Assembly (NCBI GenBank): GCA_047495785.1
Contig: JBLDXI010000073.1
Coordinates: 62,001 to 126,000 of the forward strand
Direction: 5' to 3'
Source of the DNA: Lepidodermella squamata
Lineage: Eukaryota; Animalia; Gastrotricha
Length of the DNA stretch: 64,000 nt
Translations under genes and position numbers: made by a program
Part shown: one piece after another, positions 24,764 through 37,724 of the stretch
How positions within the stretch are numbered: position 1 is the stretch's first letter
How the letters are laid out: each line of letters starts with the position of its first letter
The notes under the pieces: generated by a model
Databases searched by the model: none
What the model was told of the DNA's origin: nothing
The model's input: the letters and a program-made list of their open reading frames with translations, nothing else

Positions 24764-25257
24764 TTTCTAATGGATTAAAACTTGCAACCTGTAACAACAA
24801 AGTCTTGAATTGATGTTAAAATTGCTGGAGTTTGAATGAAAATAAGTGCCTTGCTTGGTAGTATTGCTCCCATGATTTCGAGTTGCTAATTATATTACGT
24901 TTTTGAAGGATATGAAAATACCAAGTTCAAAGTTTTAGAAAGGACGCATGGAATCGTGTGACGTGTGAGGAAGTTAAATGTTAAATTCAATGACCAATAT
25001 AAATTCAACACACATGAATTGCTGAATTTGCGTGAATGCTGAACGGGCAGACAACGCGCCAAGTATATTCGTCGAAGTTTTCCATTTCGAAAGACGAATT
25101 TTTACAAATTCTAGGTTGTTAGATTAGGATGTTTATTTATTTCATGGTAGTTTCGAATAGATTAAGCAACATAATTCACGTTCTGAAATGTTTTGCGGTA
25201 GCATAAATTACTAATCGTCAATGACAGTCACGAAAGAAAAAGCATTGTTGTTGTCAT

Positions 25258-27741
25258 CTATGGCAAATTCTCGCACAAAGTCTGGGACTTCGCTTCGCAA
25301 TACGTAAAATAGGCGGTGCCGTCAGAATCCATATTTCCACCTGGATCGTGTTAAGCCACAAGTAGTTTAAACAATAGCTTCAGAATTTTACTTACAGTGA
25401 TAAATGTCTCTTGGAACGTCGTAACCAGAATACCAACTGGTAAAATAGGCTGGTGGCGAGTTAAAAATTTGACCATTCGCCGCTATCACCTCGATTGTAT
25501 TCGTCCATCCGCCTCCAACAATCGCCTGTTTAGATAAAGTACCCGTGTAGCTGTTGAAGAGATTTTTCGCGTCATCAAGCACAGCTTGCTCCCTTATGAT
25601 GGGCAGCCTGAGACCTTTAGAAGTGCAGAATGCTGCCTGGGCATCGTGATCGCCAGTATTGACGTAAAATGACAAGACATTCTGAAGAAAAGAAAACAAC
25701 ATAGTTTACGAAATAAATTAGGTGAAATTTTCAAGGAGTTACCGTCGTCGCGTCTTGGCATAGCGCCACTACTTTCGTGCTCCCGCACGTGGATTCCGTA
25801 AGGCCATGCGTAGTTACTTGCATACCTAGAAGGCTGAGGTTGAACAACAGTTGAACAGAAGTCTACGACAACTTAACATGTTCCCCCGCCCCCAGGACTC
25901 CCCGATGCCCACAGGGGTGATAAGAAATCCACGATTGCTCCATCAGACCATCGCCAAATGGAAGTGAGGCCGATATAGGCCCCGTTTCCGACGACACTCC
26001 TAGCAGCCGCAGCATCTGCTTGGTTCAAGATTGAGGCAATTCGGCCTCCGGTTTCAATGCAGTTTCCAGCGGAAATTCGGTAGATGCCCACGACCGGCGA
26101 TAAATAGTACCGAGCTAAACAAATTGCGACGATAAGCTGATATGGAAAAGGAACCAGCACCCTAGTTGAGAAGAAACATGCCTTTCTCGCAAGATGTGCC
26201 AATATGAGTAGCTGGGCAACTGCACGAACCAGCCGTCTCGTTGAAAGTTCCTCCATTTTGACAACGAGATTGACCCTACAAAACAATATGAATACCCAAG
26301 CAGAATCCTAGTCAATTAGAGAAGATGTGAGACATAAAATCAGAAACAGACCTTCAAATCAAATAAGCAGCTGGCATAATTTTCGCCGAATTTTGTAGCA
26401 TTATTGAAAAGTTTGACCTATCAGGTGTATAAATTTGTTAATTTTCAAGTAATTATTAAATCGACATACCATGTTTGAGCCCTTGGGGCAAACGTTGTAG
26501 CAAGTGGCGTTTCCTGAATTGCCGCATTGAACAGCTTGCTGATGTAGAGTTACGATATAATTATAGGTATTAGAAAAAAGCCTCACCCCTGTTTCGCAGT
26601 TCTCCTTGAAGCGATAGGTGAGCAGAGAATAGGCGGTGGTTTCATTCGCTGAGCATTTCGTCGATTCGAGTCGGCATGCCACAAAATCGCGCGTGTCTTT
26701 GTTGAAACAGCGAACGTGCGGCTTGAAATCATTTGGAACTTGCACTGTAAAACGGAAAATACAGTTTAGCTGAAACATTTATCTCCAATAACTAACTCAT
26801 CCCATTGAGGCATGACTGTAAGTTTTGGAAGCCAGGCTGCGACGTCTGAGAAAAAGCTGCGATTAAACATAAATAATATTAGGCCAAATTACATACGGTA
26901 TTAGTAGGACAGGTGGCCACCGAGGGTACGCAGGTAACGATTCCACTGCCAGTCGAGCATCGGGTGAAAGCTTGGCTCTGCAAAACCGAAGCTAAAGAAG
27001 CTAGAATAGCCATGGACAATTGCTCACCGAGAAACTGTCAATCGCCTGCTGGCACAATGCCAGATTCTGTCGCAGATAGACTGACGCGGAATTAAACCTT
27101 TTTATCTATAAAAGCGATTGGGAAAGCAGAGTAAAATTGTAAATTAAAAAATTGCGAGTCTCCAACGCAATTTTGCACCTCATGGAAATTCGATTTTGAA
27201 TTTGCCCACGTGATTTTTCAGTGAATTTTTCAATTCTAAGGATAGGTATACCCTCAAAAAAGCGATTTTCTAATAATCAAAAATAATTCTTGCTTCAAAA
27301 CTAATACCTGAGTTTCTGTGTCATTCGTTTGGATTGTAAATTACCTCAATTTCGTCGCTAGGTAGAGGAATAATGCCCGGCCGGCAGATGGGGGTCAGAG
27401 CCTTGTACTTGTAAGCCAATCGTGCGGTCTGGAATTCCAAATTTCAGTACTGGAGGTTGTTTTTTTCAACAAATAACTTGCCCCTTGCATGCACAATTGA
27501 TAGCTCGTAAACTTGGTACCTCCAATCTGAGAAATCAATTATTTGAATAATTATTGTGAAATTGAGAAACTCTAACCCGGTACTCCGTCGTTGGAGCACA
27601 ACCGGCTGTGAGCGTGCGGCAATCAACGAAGTTGCTGTCGAATTGGGAAAAACATCGGATGAAGTCATCGCCAGCTACGCCACCCACCGAAAATACGGCT
27701 AGTAGAAATAATAGCGATTCGATGGCGATTAAAGACGTCAT
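25258..27741 (-). CDS. Cys-module / EGF / C-type lectin family, copy 5 (subfamily B, apparently intact)
   Basis: ATG 27741 MTSLIAIESLLFLLAVF..DDFIRCFSQFD; five Cys modules; EGF-like exon CQNGGTFNETAGSCSCPATHIGTSCE; two lectin domains; ends TLCENLP* at 25258. Confidence 0.85.
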
Positions 27742-27833
27742 CACAAAGTGTATTCAGCTGAAAATAACTAAATTGAAAAATAACATTTGTTAATGAAAAG
27801 CTCTTGTGCGTGATGAATGGCGAATCCACGTTA

Positions 27834-27912
27834 GCTCGTGCCCTATCCGGTTGTTTACGCTACTTTTTAGTCTCGTCAAACAAACTGTGATTTTTGCTTC
27901 GGCTCGTGCCCA
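27834..27912 (-). promoter_or_regulatory. Candidate cis element GGGCACGAGC (two copies) upstream of copy 5; also upstream of copies 6 and 7
   Basis: GCTCGTGCC(C/T) at ~27834, 27902, 34243, 34311 and 45287. The proximal copy is about 90-100 bp 5' of each subfamily B ATG. Confidence 0.4.
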
Positions 27913-28364
27913 AACCTTGGCGTCCTATTACAATTGCAGTGGTATTTGTAGCAACATTTAGGGCGCTCCAGAGTCGTAAATATCTCTTCCAAAACATCAC
28001 ATGATTTCTTCACGGAAAAGCGGACGAGCGAAATGGGTACAATTTTCAAACTTGTCACCATCAATTCTTGGCAACAACAAAATTTGTGTATTTCGTTCAC
28101 GATTTTCTTATTAAACTTTGCGTGTTAAATTTTTATTTATGACAATTTTTCTTTGCGCAACGCTTTGACACCTGACCGTAGTTTAAAGCGTGCACATTCT
28201 CTACAATCTAAGTGTAGCTTCGTGCCCTTCGGGAGATCGGGAAAAGTGGTACTTTCAATTGGTCTAAAACAAGGGTATCAGCGGGCGGCGCAAGGTGGGT
28301 AAGAGCAAACCCCTTTAGACTGGAGCTCGTAGCTGGTTTCTAGGTTTGAAGGATATGCGGCTCG

Positions 28365-30035
28365 GTCGTCTTTGGGTGTGACTTTATTTGAGCTAGCCAA
28401 CTTTTACAGACCTGCTAGTTTTATGTTTCAATCATGTATGTGACTATATCACCAGACTTTTTTCCAGTTTGAGAATGCTTTTCATATCATACAGTAAGTT
28501 TCAATTCTGAAGAGTTTTTCGAAGAATTAAGATAATGAATTTACATAAATGATCGGAAATCTTTTGACGATTCATGCGGTTAATCGCCCGTATTCCGAGC
28601 CATGATTTTTGGGAATTTTTATCAGAGATAGTTCGAGGCGTTAGCTCTTGTTAACTCATTGGAATTCCATAATTGGGTGATCCTAATTCCCAGCTAATTA
28701 TGAGTACCGATCATGAGATCGGTTTTCCAGATTTATTTGATCCAAAAGTTGCGCAAATGGTATGCACGTTCGAATTTGAAATTGTTTATAGTTAATTCCG
28801 CGATTTTGTATTAGCTTTTGTTTCGCCTCATCAGGCAACACAAAACTGACGAAATTGAATCGCTGCTATCAAACTCAACTTTAAAATTGGATGTGAACTG
28901 CACGAATGATGAATACTTTACACTTTAGCCCGTTGCTTCAGGCTGCTCAAAAACGCTGCTGATATAGTAGTTCTTCTTGTAACGGAAAAAGGCCGACCCC
29001 CTACCTAATGATCTATTTTCTATTGGGGTGGTCTTTGTCCGACCTTCATATGCAGCGATGTAGAAAGGAATTCTCAGTTCTAGAACTGAGATGGAGGTCG
29101 GACAAAGACCATTATCATTCTTGGAAGAATTTCAAAAGAAAGCGTAAACATTGCTGCAGTAGATGGTGAGACGCAGTGGAGCTGAGACTGTTGAAATATT
29201 GGCAAAAGAAATGGGTGCGAATACAAAAATAACGAGCGACCAAGGCATGATTTTGTTGCATTTGGCAGTTATGAGAGGCCACTTGGACGTGGTTAAATTA
29301 CTTGGATTTGAATTCTCAGCGGATGCAAAAGTTAAGTCGAATGATGGGAAGACGCCTTTGCATGTGGCTGCTCAGAATGGGAACGCAGAAATGGTTCGAA
29401 TGTTAGCCGGAAAAATGAAAGCTGATGTTAATGATCCTGACAGAGAAAGCAATACGCATTTGTACCTCGCAGTTGAGAAAGGATACGTGGAAGTCGTACG
29501 TGATCTCGTTCAAGAATTCAGCGCAAGCGTTACAATTCCCCGAGACCGGATTGTAAAATCGCCATTGCACGCTGCTGCTCGGAATGGACATACGGAAATG
29601 ATTGTCGCAAAATTCAAAGGTAACATTAACATCCCGGATAGATACAGCCGTACGCTCTTGCAGGCTGCTGCTAAGGGTGGAAATGTGGAAATCGTTTACA
29701 AAGCTGATGTTAACTGCCACCGGCGCATATGACAAGACGACCTTGTACATTGCTGCTGCGGAAGGAAATGCGGAATGCATTAGAATTCCAGTTGGGGAAT
29801 TCAAAGCTGATGTTAATGCCCGTGATGAAAATGACATAACACCCTTGAACGCTGCTGCCGCAAGAGAAGAAGCGGAAGTCGTCAGAATCCTAGCCGGATA
29901 ATTCAAAGCTGACGTTAATATCCCTGATAAAGATTACTTATAGGACGCCCTTGTACATTGCTGCTCAGGGAGAAAATGCAGAAGTCTTTGGAATTCTAGC
30001 TATGGAATTCAATGCTGGAGTTGTTGACCTTGGTA
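28365..30035 (+). pseudogene. 5'-truncated, frameshifted duplicate of the kinase-ankyrin gene
   Basis: Colinear with 39040-41000, including introns (SLGVTLFELANFYRP, FENAFHII, ankyrin exon). Multiple stops, frameshifts and whole-repeat deletions. Confidence 0.92.
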
Positions 30036-30748
30036 AACCATGCGGCACCACTGCCACAAACAATCAAATTCCAATCCCGCCTAAGCCGCCGAATTTAATA
30101 TAATAATATAATAATTATATAATTTAATATAATTGAATATTTCCAGGATAAAAACGCAGATTTTCAGGTCAAGCAATTTGAACAGAGAAAATTTCCCAAG
30201 TTCTCAAACAATAACACAATCAATAAAAATATCAACAATACCAATACCTTAACAAGGCTCTCTAAATTCGTCTTCTATCGAATAATTCCAATTAATTTGA
30301 AGTTCCAACCTTTCGTAAAGACGTTGCCGTTTACGTGGAATTAACTCTTCTTCCTAGGTTCGCGTCTCCACATTCTCTTCCACCTCACCTCGAATAATAT
30401 GAAAGTAATTAGTAATTATTGTTCCGATGCTTTGAAGTTACTTCAGGGCAGAAGAATGCACGTATTGTAAGTGTATTCGACTCTTCTGAATTTGCATACT
30501 TGCAGAAAGGATTGACAACGTCTCAGGGATATCCGGCGAAGCTTTATATGTTTGCATTTGCATTGTTTTGAGTTTACACTCAAATTTTTATTACTCTCTT
30601 ACTCTCTATTTATTCACTTTGGAATTAGATTAAACATGTTAATGTTTTATGTTTTAAATTACACAGCATCAATTATCAATTACCAAGGACAGTCATGAAG
30701 GAAAAGTTAATAATTGGGTTTTCGAAGTCAAATAATCGTCATTGCCAT

Positions 30749-33700
30749 CTAAGGCGAATTCTCGCACAAAGCATATTGTCCTTCATCGCAAAAGTAAAAA
30801 TAGCCGATGCCGTTCTTATCCAACCCTCCACCTGCATAACGTTACAACAGTAGAATTAGTAGCTTCAAAATTGTACTTACAGTGATATCTTTCTGTTGGA
30901 ACGGCGAAATTGGGTTGCCAACTCTTAAAAAAGGCTGGCGGCGAGTTGAAAATTTGACCGTTCGACGTGACCACCTCGGTTGTATTCGACCATCTAGCGG
31001 CAGCGAACGCCTGTTTTGAAAAATTACCCGTGTAACTGTTGAAGAGATTTTTCGCGACATCGAGCACAGCTTGCTCCCTTATGATAGGAAGCCTGAGACT
31101 TTTAGAAGTGCAGAATGCCGCCTGGGCATCGTAATCGCCAGTATTGACGTAAAATGACAGAACATTCTGAAATAGGCAACACAAAGTATAGGTTTTCTAA
31201 GATCTTTTCAAGATTTACTGTCGTCGCGTCTTGGCATAGCACCAAGTCTTGATGCATCGAGCACCAATTCTCACCAAGACCTTCCGCAGTGACTATCATA
31301 CCTGAAAGGCTAGGATTAAGCAGCAGTTAAACATCAACCGAAGACAATTTTACATGGTCCATCGGCACCAGGCTTTTTCGGCATCCACAGTGGCGATAGA
31401 AAATCGACGATTACCCCATCGGACCATCGCCAAACGGAAGTAAGGCCGATTAAGGCTTCGAATCCGATGACACTACTCGCCGCCGCTACATCTGCTCCGT
31501 TCAAGATTAAGGCGACGCGGCCACCGTTTACGCTGCAGTTTGCGGCAGAAATTCGGTAGACGTGTTGGGCTGGCGATAAATAGTACCGAGCTATGAAATT
31601 TGTTTATACAATTTACAATAAATTTCGTCTTCAATAAAATAAACAAAAAATTAACGATTTTCTCATAGTTGACTCACTCGAGCTGAATCTGCAAAAAGCT
31701 CAGTTCTCAGCTCATGAAAACTTGTTAGGCCAACTAACGCCCACCGCCCACTAAAAAATAATCATTTCGAAGATCAACGAAACCTGAGGCTCCCAACCCA
31801 AGCATTTTTTATTTTCTGCTACTAAATATCACAAGCGGTTCTCTCAGTGCTTTGGATTTGATTTGATTTGATTTGATTTAGACCCTATTTTCACTGATTT
31901 AGATTTGAAATGATTGATTTACGCGGGGAAGCATTTTGATTTGATTGATTTTGATTTAGCCTTGGTAATGCAATCGAAAAACCTCTTACCGCGAAACTAA
32001 TACCTCTCCTCCTTTTCGATGAAAATTTGCTTTAGAAAGGGACGGTGATTTCAAATTCGCGTTATTTCATTCATTTCTTGACATTTCGAATGCCCTTGCC
32101 TCCTGAAAATCCCGATGTTCCGCGATTTATTGTGATTTACGGGTGTCGATGATTTGATTTGATTGATTTAGTCCTGGAAAATTGGGACAATGATTGATTT
32201 TGATTGATTGAAGGAGGTCCGTGATTTAAGCCGTAAATCAAATCAAATCAAATCAAATCCAAAGCTCTGGGTTCTCTATTATCTAGTAACGCCAGCTACA
32301 TATTGTGCTCTCTCATGGATAATGATTCATAACTCACAGGAAAGGGTTATTATCAGCTACATATTATCGGCAAATTATTTCTGATAAAATCGCCCGTAAA
32401 GAATTTATTTTGATTTGCAGATTTTTCGGGACTATAAAAAGGAATTATCCCCAACAGCATATTTTATAGAGCCATTCGCACGCTAGCTGAGTAGAAACAT
32501 GCCTTTCTCGCAAGAAGTGCCAACATGAGTAGCTGGGCAGGTGCATGAACCAGCCGTCTCGTTGAACGTTCCTCCATTATGACAACGAGATTGACCCTAC
32601 AACATAATATAGAATCGTTCATTGTTACCCAAGCAGAATTTCCGATAATTTAGAGCAAGGCTGCAAAACCTGCGAAATTTCCCGCGCACTTCCTCAAAAT
32701 TTCCCGCTAGTTTTGACCCATTTCAGCAAATTTTCCTGCGCCATTTTCGCATGTTTTGCAGCCCTGATTTAGAGCAAATTTGGGACATTCGACTGGAAAC
32801 AGACCTTGAGATCGACTAAGCAGCTGGCATAATTTTCGGCGAATTTCGTAGCATTATTGAAAAGTTTGACCTAACCAGGTGAATGAACTTCTTGAATTTT
32901 CAAGCAATTATTGAATCGACCTACCATGTTTGCTCCCTTGGGGCAATTGTTGTAGCAAGTGATATTTCCAGAATTGCCGCATTGAACAGCTTGCTGATGA
33001 AGAGTTATTCGGATTCGTGATAATTTATGATTATTCGGAGAAATTAGGGAAAGTTTTACCCCCGCTTCGCAGTTCTCCTTGAAGCGATAAGTGAGCAGAG
33101 AATACGTGGTGGTTTCATTCGTGGAACATTTCGTCGATTCAAGCCGGCAAGCAACGAAATCACGCGTGTCCTTGTTGAAACAGCGAACATGCGGCTTGAA
33201 ATCATTAGGAACTTGCACTTGAAAACGGAAAATTAAATTCAGCCGTCAACACGCAATTATATCCGATAACTAACTCATCCCATTGAGGCATGACTGCAAG
33301 TTTTGGAAGCCAGGCTGGGTCGACTGTGAAAAAGCTGCTATGAAAAAGAACGGAAATGTCGCCGAATTACATACGGTATTGGTAGGGCAGGTGGCCACCG
33401 AGGGTACGCAGGTGACGATTCCAGCGCCAGTCGAGCATCGCGTGAAGCTTTGACTCTGCAAAGACGTCAATATAAGCTACGTAAAAAGCCGAGGACAATC
33501 ACTCACCGAAAAACTGTCAATTGCCTGCTGGCACGAAGCCAAATTCTGGCGTAGAAATACTGACGCAGAGTTGAACCTTTTTATCTATGAACATATCAGA
33601 ATAACCAAAACGTAGAATTCAATATTGAATTTAATATAGATTTTTACTTTATCAATGTGATTTGTAAGTGAAAAATAATCAGGCTTGATATTTGGGGATG

Positions 33701-34145
33701 AATCCTCAAAAATAAAGATGTTCCTCCGAATCATAAATTACCTCAATTTCGTCACTAGGTAGAGGAATAATGCCAGGCCGGCAAATGGGCGTCAGAGCCT
33801 TGTACTTGTAAGCCAGCCTTGCTGTCTGGAATTGCGAAATTTCAAATTTCAGAAATGTAGGTTTTCTCAACAAATAACTCACCCCTTGCATGCACAATTG
33901 GTAGCTCGTAAACTTGGTACCTCCAATCTGGAAGATCAATTGTTGTGATATCAAGTATTATAAAAATAAGAAGCCCCAACCCGGTACTCTGTCGTTGAAG
34001 CACAACCAGCTGTGAGCGTGCGGCAATCAACGAAGTTGTTGTCGAATTGGGAGAAGCATCGGATGAAATCTTCACCGGCCACGCCACCCACCGAAAATAT
34101 GGCGACAAGAAGTAAGAGCGATTCGAAAGTGTTGAACAATTTCAT
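30749..34145 (-). CDS. Cys-module / EGF / C-type lectin family, copy 6 (subfamily B, apparently intact)
   Basis: ATG 34145 MKLFNTFESLLLLVAIF; same exon set as copy 5; ends LCENSP* at 30749. Two MITEs lie in introns only. Confidence 0.85.
31845..32269. mobile_element. hAT-like MITE with (GATTT)n subterminal repeats
   Basis: CAGTGCTTTGGATTTGATTT ... AAATCAAATCCAAAGCTCTG; TSD GGTTCTCT at 31837-31844 and 32270-32277. Confidence 0.9.
32656..32766. mobile_element. 111-bp hAT-like MITE
   Basis: CAAGGCTGCAAAAC ... GTTTTGCAGCCCTG; TSD ATTTAGAG on both sides. Absent from the homologous intron of copy 5 (~26315). Confidence 0.88.
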
Positions 34146-36607
34146 TGCTAGACGTTAAATTCAGCTGAAAATAAAACTAAATTGAAAATAAACTTTTATT
34201 AATGAAATATTATTGTACGTGATGATTGGCAAATTCGCGTCGGCTCGTGCCCTATCAAGCTGTTTACGCCACTTGTTATTCTCGTCCAAAATCATGTGAT
34301 TTTTGCGTGGGCTCGTGCCTAAACCCTTGCGTCTTAATAATTTACGTGGTGTTAAGTAGCAGCGTTTAAGGGGTCTCGAAGTAGTAAACATCTCGTTCGA
34401 AATCGCGTGATTTCTTCACAGAGAAACGGACAACGACGTGGACACCCTTTCACAAAACCTTTAATTAAATTCTGCACTTGACAACATTTGTGTTTCTCAT
34501 TTCAGTTTTATTTTTCAAATAAGCTTAGCTTGCTGAATGTTTATTTTGGCATGAGAAGATTTTCCTTTCCGCATTGCTTTACGCAGACTATCGGCCTGTC
34601 AATATTTCCTGGTATTGGCCTGCCAGATCGTTTTGCCCAGAGGAAGACCAATACGGCCTGTCTGAAATTGCATTTAAATTGATAAAGATAAGATGATCAA
34701 AGTTTTTCAAAATTGGCCAAAGGTCCAGGTCCACCAAAAAAATGTATAAGGGGCAAATCCATGGGATTCATCGCCAATTTTACTGTAGGGTAAGGGAAAG
34801 GGTCTTGGGCTCGATGATCAACAGAAAGAAGCTGCTGATGTCACATGAAAAATGAAACTGATCACGCCTTACACTCTCGAAAATATGCGAGCAAGCTATA
34901 AGACAGGCTGTGGTGCGTTGCCGTTTGATGAAGCGAAAATGTGCTACCGCTTAGATAGAATAGAAGAATGTATGGCGAAAACTTTTTCTCCAAGACATAG
35001 ACCTCGATTTTCCAGTACAGAAAATATGGAAAATTCGTAATTTTCCTATGAATTTATCACAATTCATAATTCATCCGGGGCGCGGTTCTGAAATTTGAAT
35101 TTTTAGCCGTCGTAAAACCGAATTTCGTCATTTTTCATTCACAATTTTCGCACTACTACGGCTTTTTTGCACGATTTCACTCGTGCCTTATAGTGCGATC
35201 TCGCTATTTTTTCACTTAGCGTGAACAAGCTTGTTATAAAATAAGCAGCTAGTGAAAATGCCACATCTCTAGCCGCCTGATATTGGAGGGATAATTTCTC
35301 ACATCTCAATTCTCAAATGCTCATGCAGCTGTTCGCAACCATAATTTTTTCGGGTTTCGGGAGATCCGAGCTTGTCTAGTGGCAATTCGAGCAAGTCATT
35401 GGCAAGTCATTGGACCGGCCTTGGTTTCTTTTTTTGGCCGAAGAGCTTTATCTTGGATCTAATAGTTGATCGTATGAAACGAATTCTATGACCACTCATC
35501 CCGATACTTCTATGTTCCCGGCATCAGTCATAAAAACATCAATCAACTTGAAAAATATGGGCTGTTATGATACAAGCACAGAGTAAAACACTGAGCAATA
35601 TTGATTGCTGGCGAAGACGACGCAAAATAGCATGAATTCATTTCGATTCGGACACAAATTGTGGCAACAAAATAATGAGACAACTCTACATTTTCTATTG
35701 TTTCAGGGCGAAAGATTGAACAGGAAAAATTAAATTTAGGCAAAAAGCACAAGTCGCAGGCCGGATTTCTAAGCTTTGCCATGGAAACAGGGAACAGAGG
35801 GCTAAAAATAGTAACAAACCCCAACATTATAGCCCTATAGGTTATATGTGGAATCACTGCTTGCAAACTGCATATAATATCAGTGTCAAAAGATAGTAGC
35901 TATAATTTTCGCGTAATTTTTGGAGGATGATGTTTATTTTCAATTAATTTGAATTAATTGCAATACTGTGCATTTGACTGCAAATCAGCATAACAGGAAG
36001 CACGCGCAAGTGTCATATCTTCAGTATTTTCTATCTTTGAGCTACCGGCTACCAAGATCAAAACACGCCTAAACGGCCAGCGGCCAGGACTGAAACCGAG
36101 AGGGAAAATTCGATCGCCGCCCGATAGAGGAAACCTGGGAACAGTGCCAGATTAGCCTTAGGGAGGCTCCTGGGCTAAAAATGATTGACGGTCCCACTAT
36201 TAGTCCTCGAAAGTGGACTATTAGCTCGATTTTCTGACACCAAGAGGTAGAAAAAAATCTTGAAGCCTGTCAAACGACTATTTGAATGAAAGTTGTGACG
36301 TTTTTCTTTTCCACGAGTCAAACTAGTTGTGAAAATCGATTAAAAATTTGCGAGGATGTTTGCATGTAACATCGTGTTTTTCCGTTATTGTTGTCTGATC
36401 TCGAAGTCTTTTAATTCCAAGACTTTAAGACTTCATAAGACCGCCGAGCTAACGCAACTCAACGTATTCTTCATTGGCATTCATCAAAGCCTTTTATAGG
36501 GTTATCAAAGCCTCAAGGATATCAATATAGATGAATGTCATCAAAAGGGTTGTTATCAAAAGAAGAGTGAACATTTCGAGTCTTGATACCATAGCCGCTT
36601 GCTCTTT

Positions 36608-37269
36608 CATGATGTTGTTGGGGCCCGAGCCCGATTTCGGCCCGTAATAGCGCTGGTTCCCATTGTTCTCCGCCGTGCTCGGGCCAACACCTTGGCCGGC
36701 CCGTATGCGGTCGGGTAACAGCACTTAACCGCTCCGCGCTCAGGCCGGTCTGAAATGTGCCCGTATGCGACATTTACTGCAAATTTAACGAATTTCAACG
36801 CATCACGCTTCACCGCACACGGGCCGGCCAAGGTGTTGGCCCGAGCACGGCGGAGAACAATGGGAACCAGCGCTATTGTTCAGCGCCGTACTCGGGCCGC
36901 CGGGTTTGGGCTGGGACTTGATAAAGTCATCGGGTAGTGCGGTGGTTGTAGGATGACCCAAGCCCCAAGCCCGGCAACCCAAGCCCGGCGGCCCGATTCC
37001 AGAGGCCCGAGCCCGGCAGCCCGAGTGCGGCGCTGAACAATAGCGCTGGTTCCCATTGTTCTCCGCCGGGCTCGGGCCAACACCTTGGCCGGCCCGTGTG
37101 CGGTGGAGCGTGATTCTTTCGAATTTGTTAAATTTACAGTAATCGTCGCATACGGGCATGTTTTAAAGCGGCCCGAGCGCGGAGCGGCAAATCAATGTTA
37201 CCCGTCTGCGTACGGGTCGGCCGGAGCGCGTACGGGCCGAATTCGGACTCGGGCCCCAACAATGTTATG
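36608..37269. mobile_element. GC-rich inverted-repeat element with internal direct and inverted 60-bp units
   Basis: Terminal IR TGTTGGGGCCCGAG-CCGA-TTCGGCCCGTA at both ends. The unit AATAGCGCTGGTTCCCATTGTTCTCCGCCG-GCTCGGGCCAACACCTTGGCCGGCCCGT occurs at ~36646 and ~37039, and inverted at ~36819-36877. No TSD found. Confidence 0.65.
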
Positions 37270-37724
37270 GTTGAATCCGTCCATAGTTGGGTCCATAGTT
37301 TTATTCATCAGCGGAGTTGTTGCACTCCACAACACACTTTTGCTTAAGTAATTTGCGTGCGAAGCCGCAGCAAAATCGTGGTTATTTGTTATTTCCTTTC
37401 GTACAACACTTGGCCCATCATTAGGTCTAAATATTCTAGTAATGGACCTTTTCACAATTTTACAGCCGGCTGCAGCCATCAAAGCTCATGCGTTTATCCG
37501 GCCCTGACTGGAGTAAAAGTTTCTTAAGAAAAATGTGCCTGTACTTTCCTTCATTTTGTAGCGTGTACGAGCACTCGCCTATATATTATATAATCATTTC
37601 AATGGCATACCAATAGTATATAAAACAAATAGTGTTTTATTTATATTAGTGCCTAATGCCTGCTGTTTTTTTGTGCCCACTGCATACTGTATTTTAAATT
37701 TAATTTGTTCAACGAGGGGCAAAC

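Noticed and set aside
36494-37482. Cluster of overlapping Arg/Gly/Pro-rich ORFs
   Set aside because: They arise from a GC-rich inverted-repeat element with few stop codons; no domain or splice logic.
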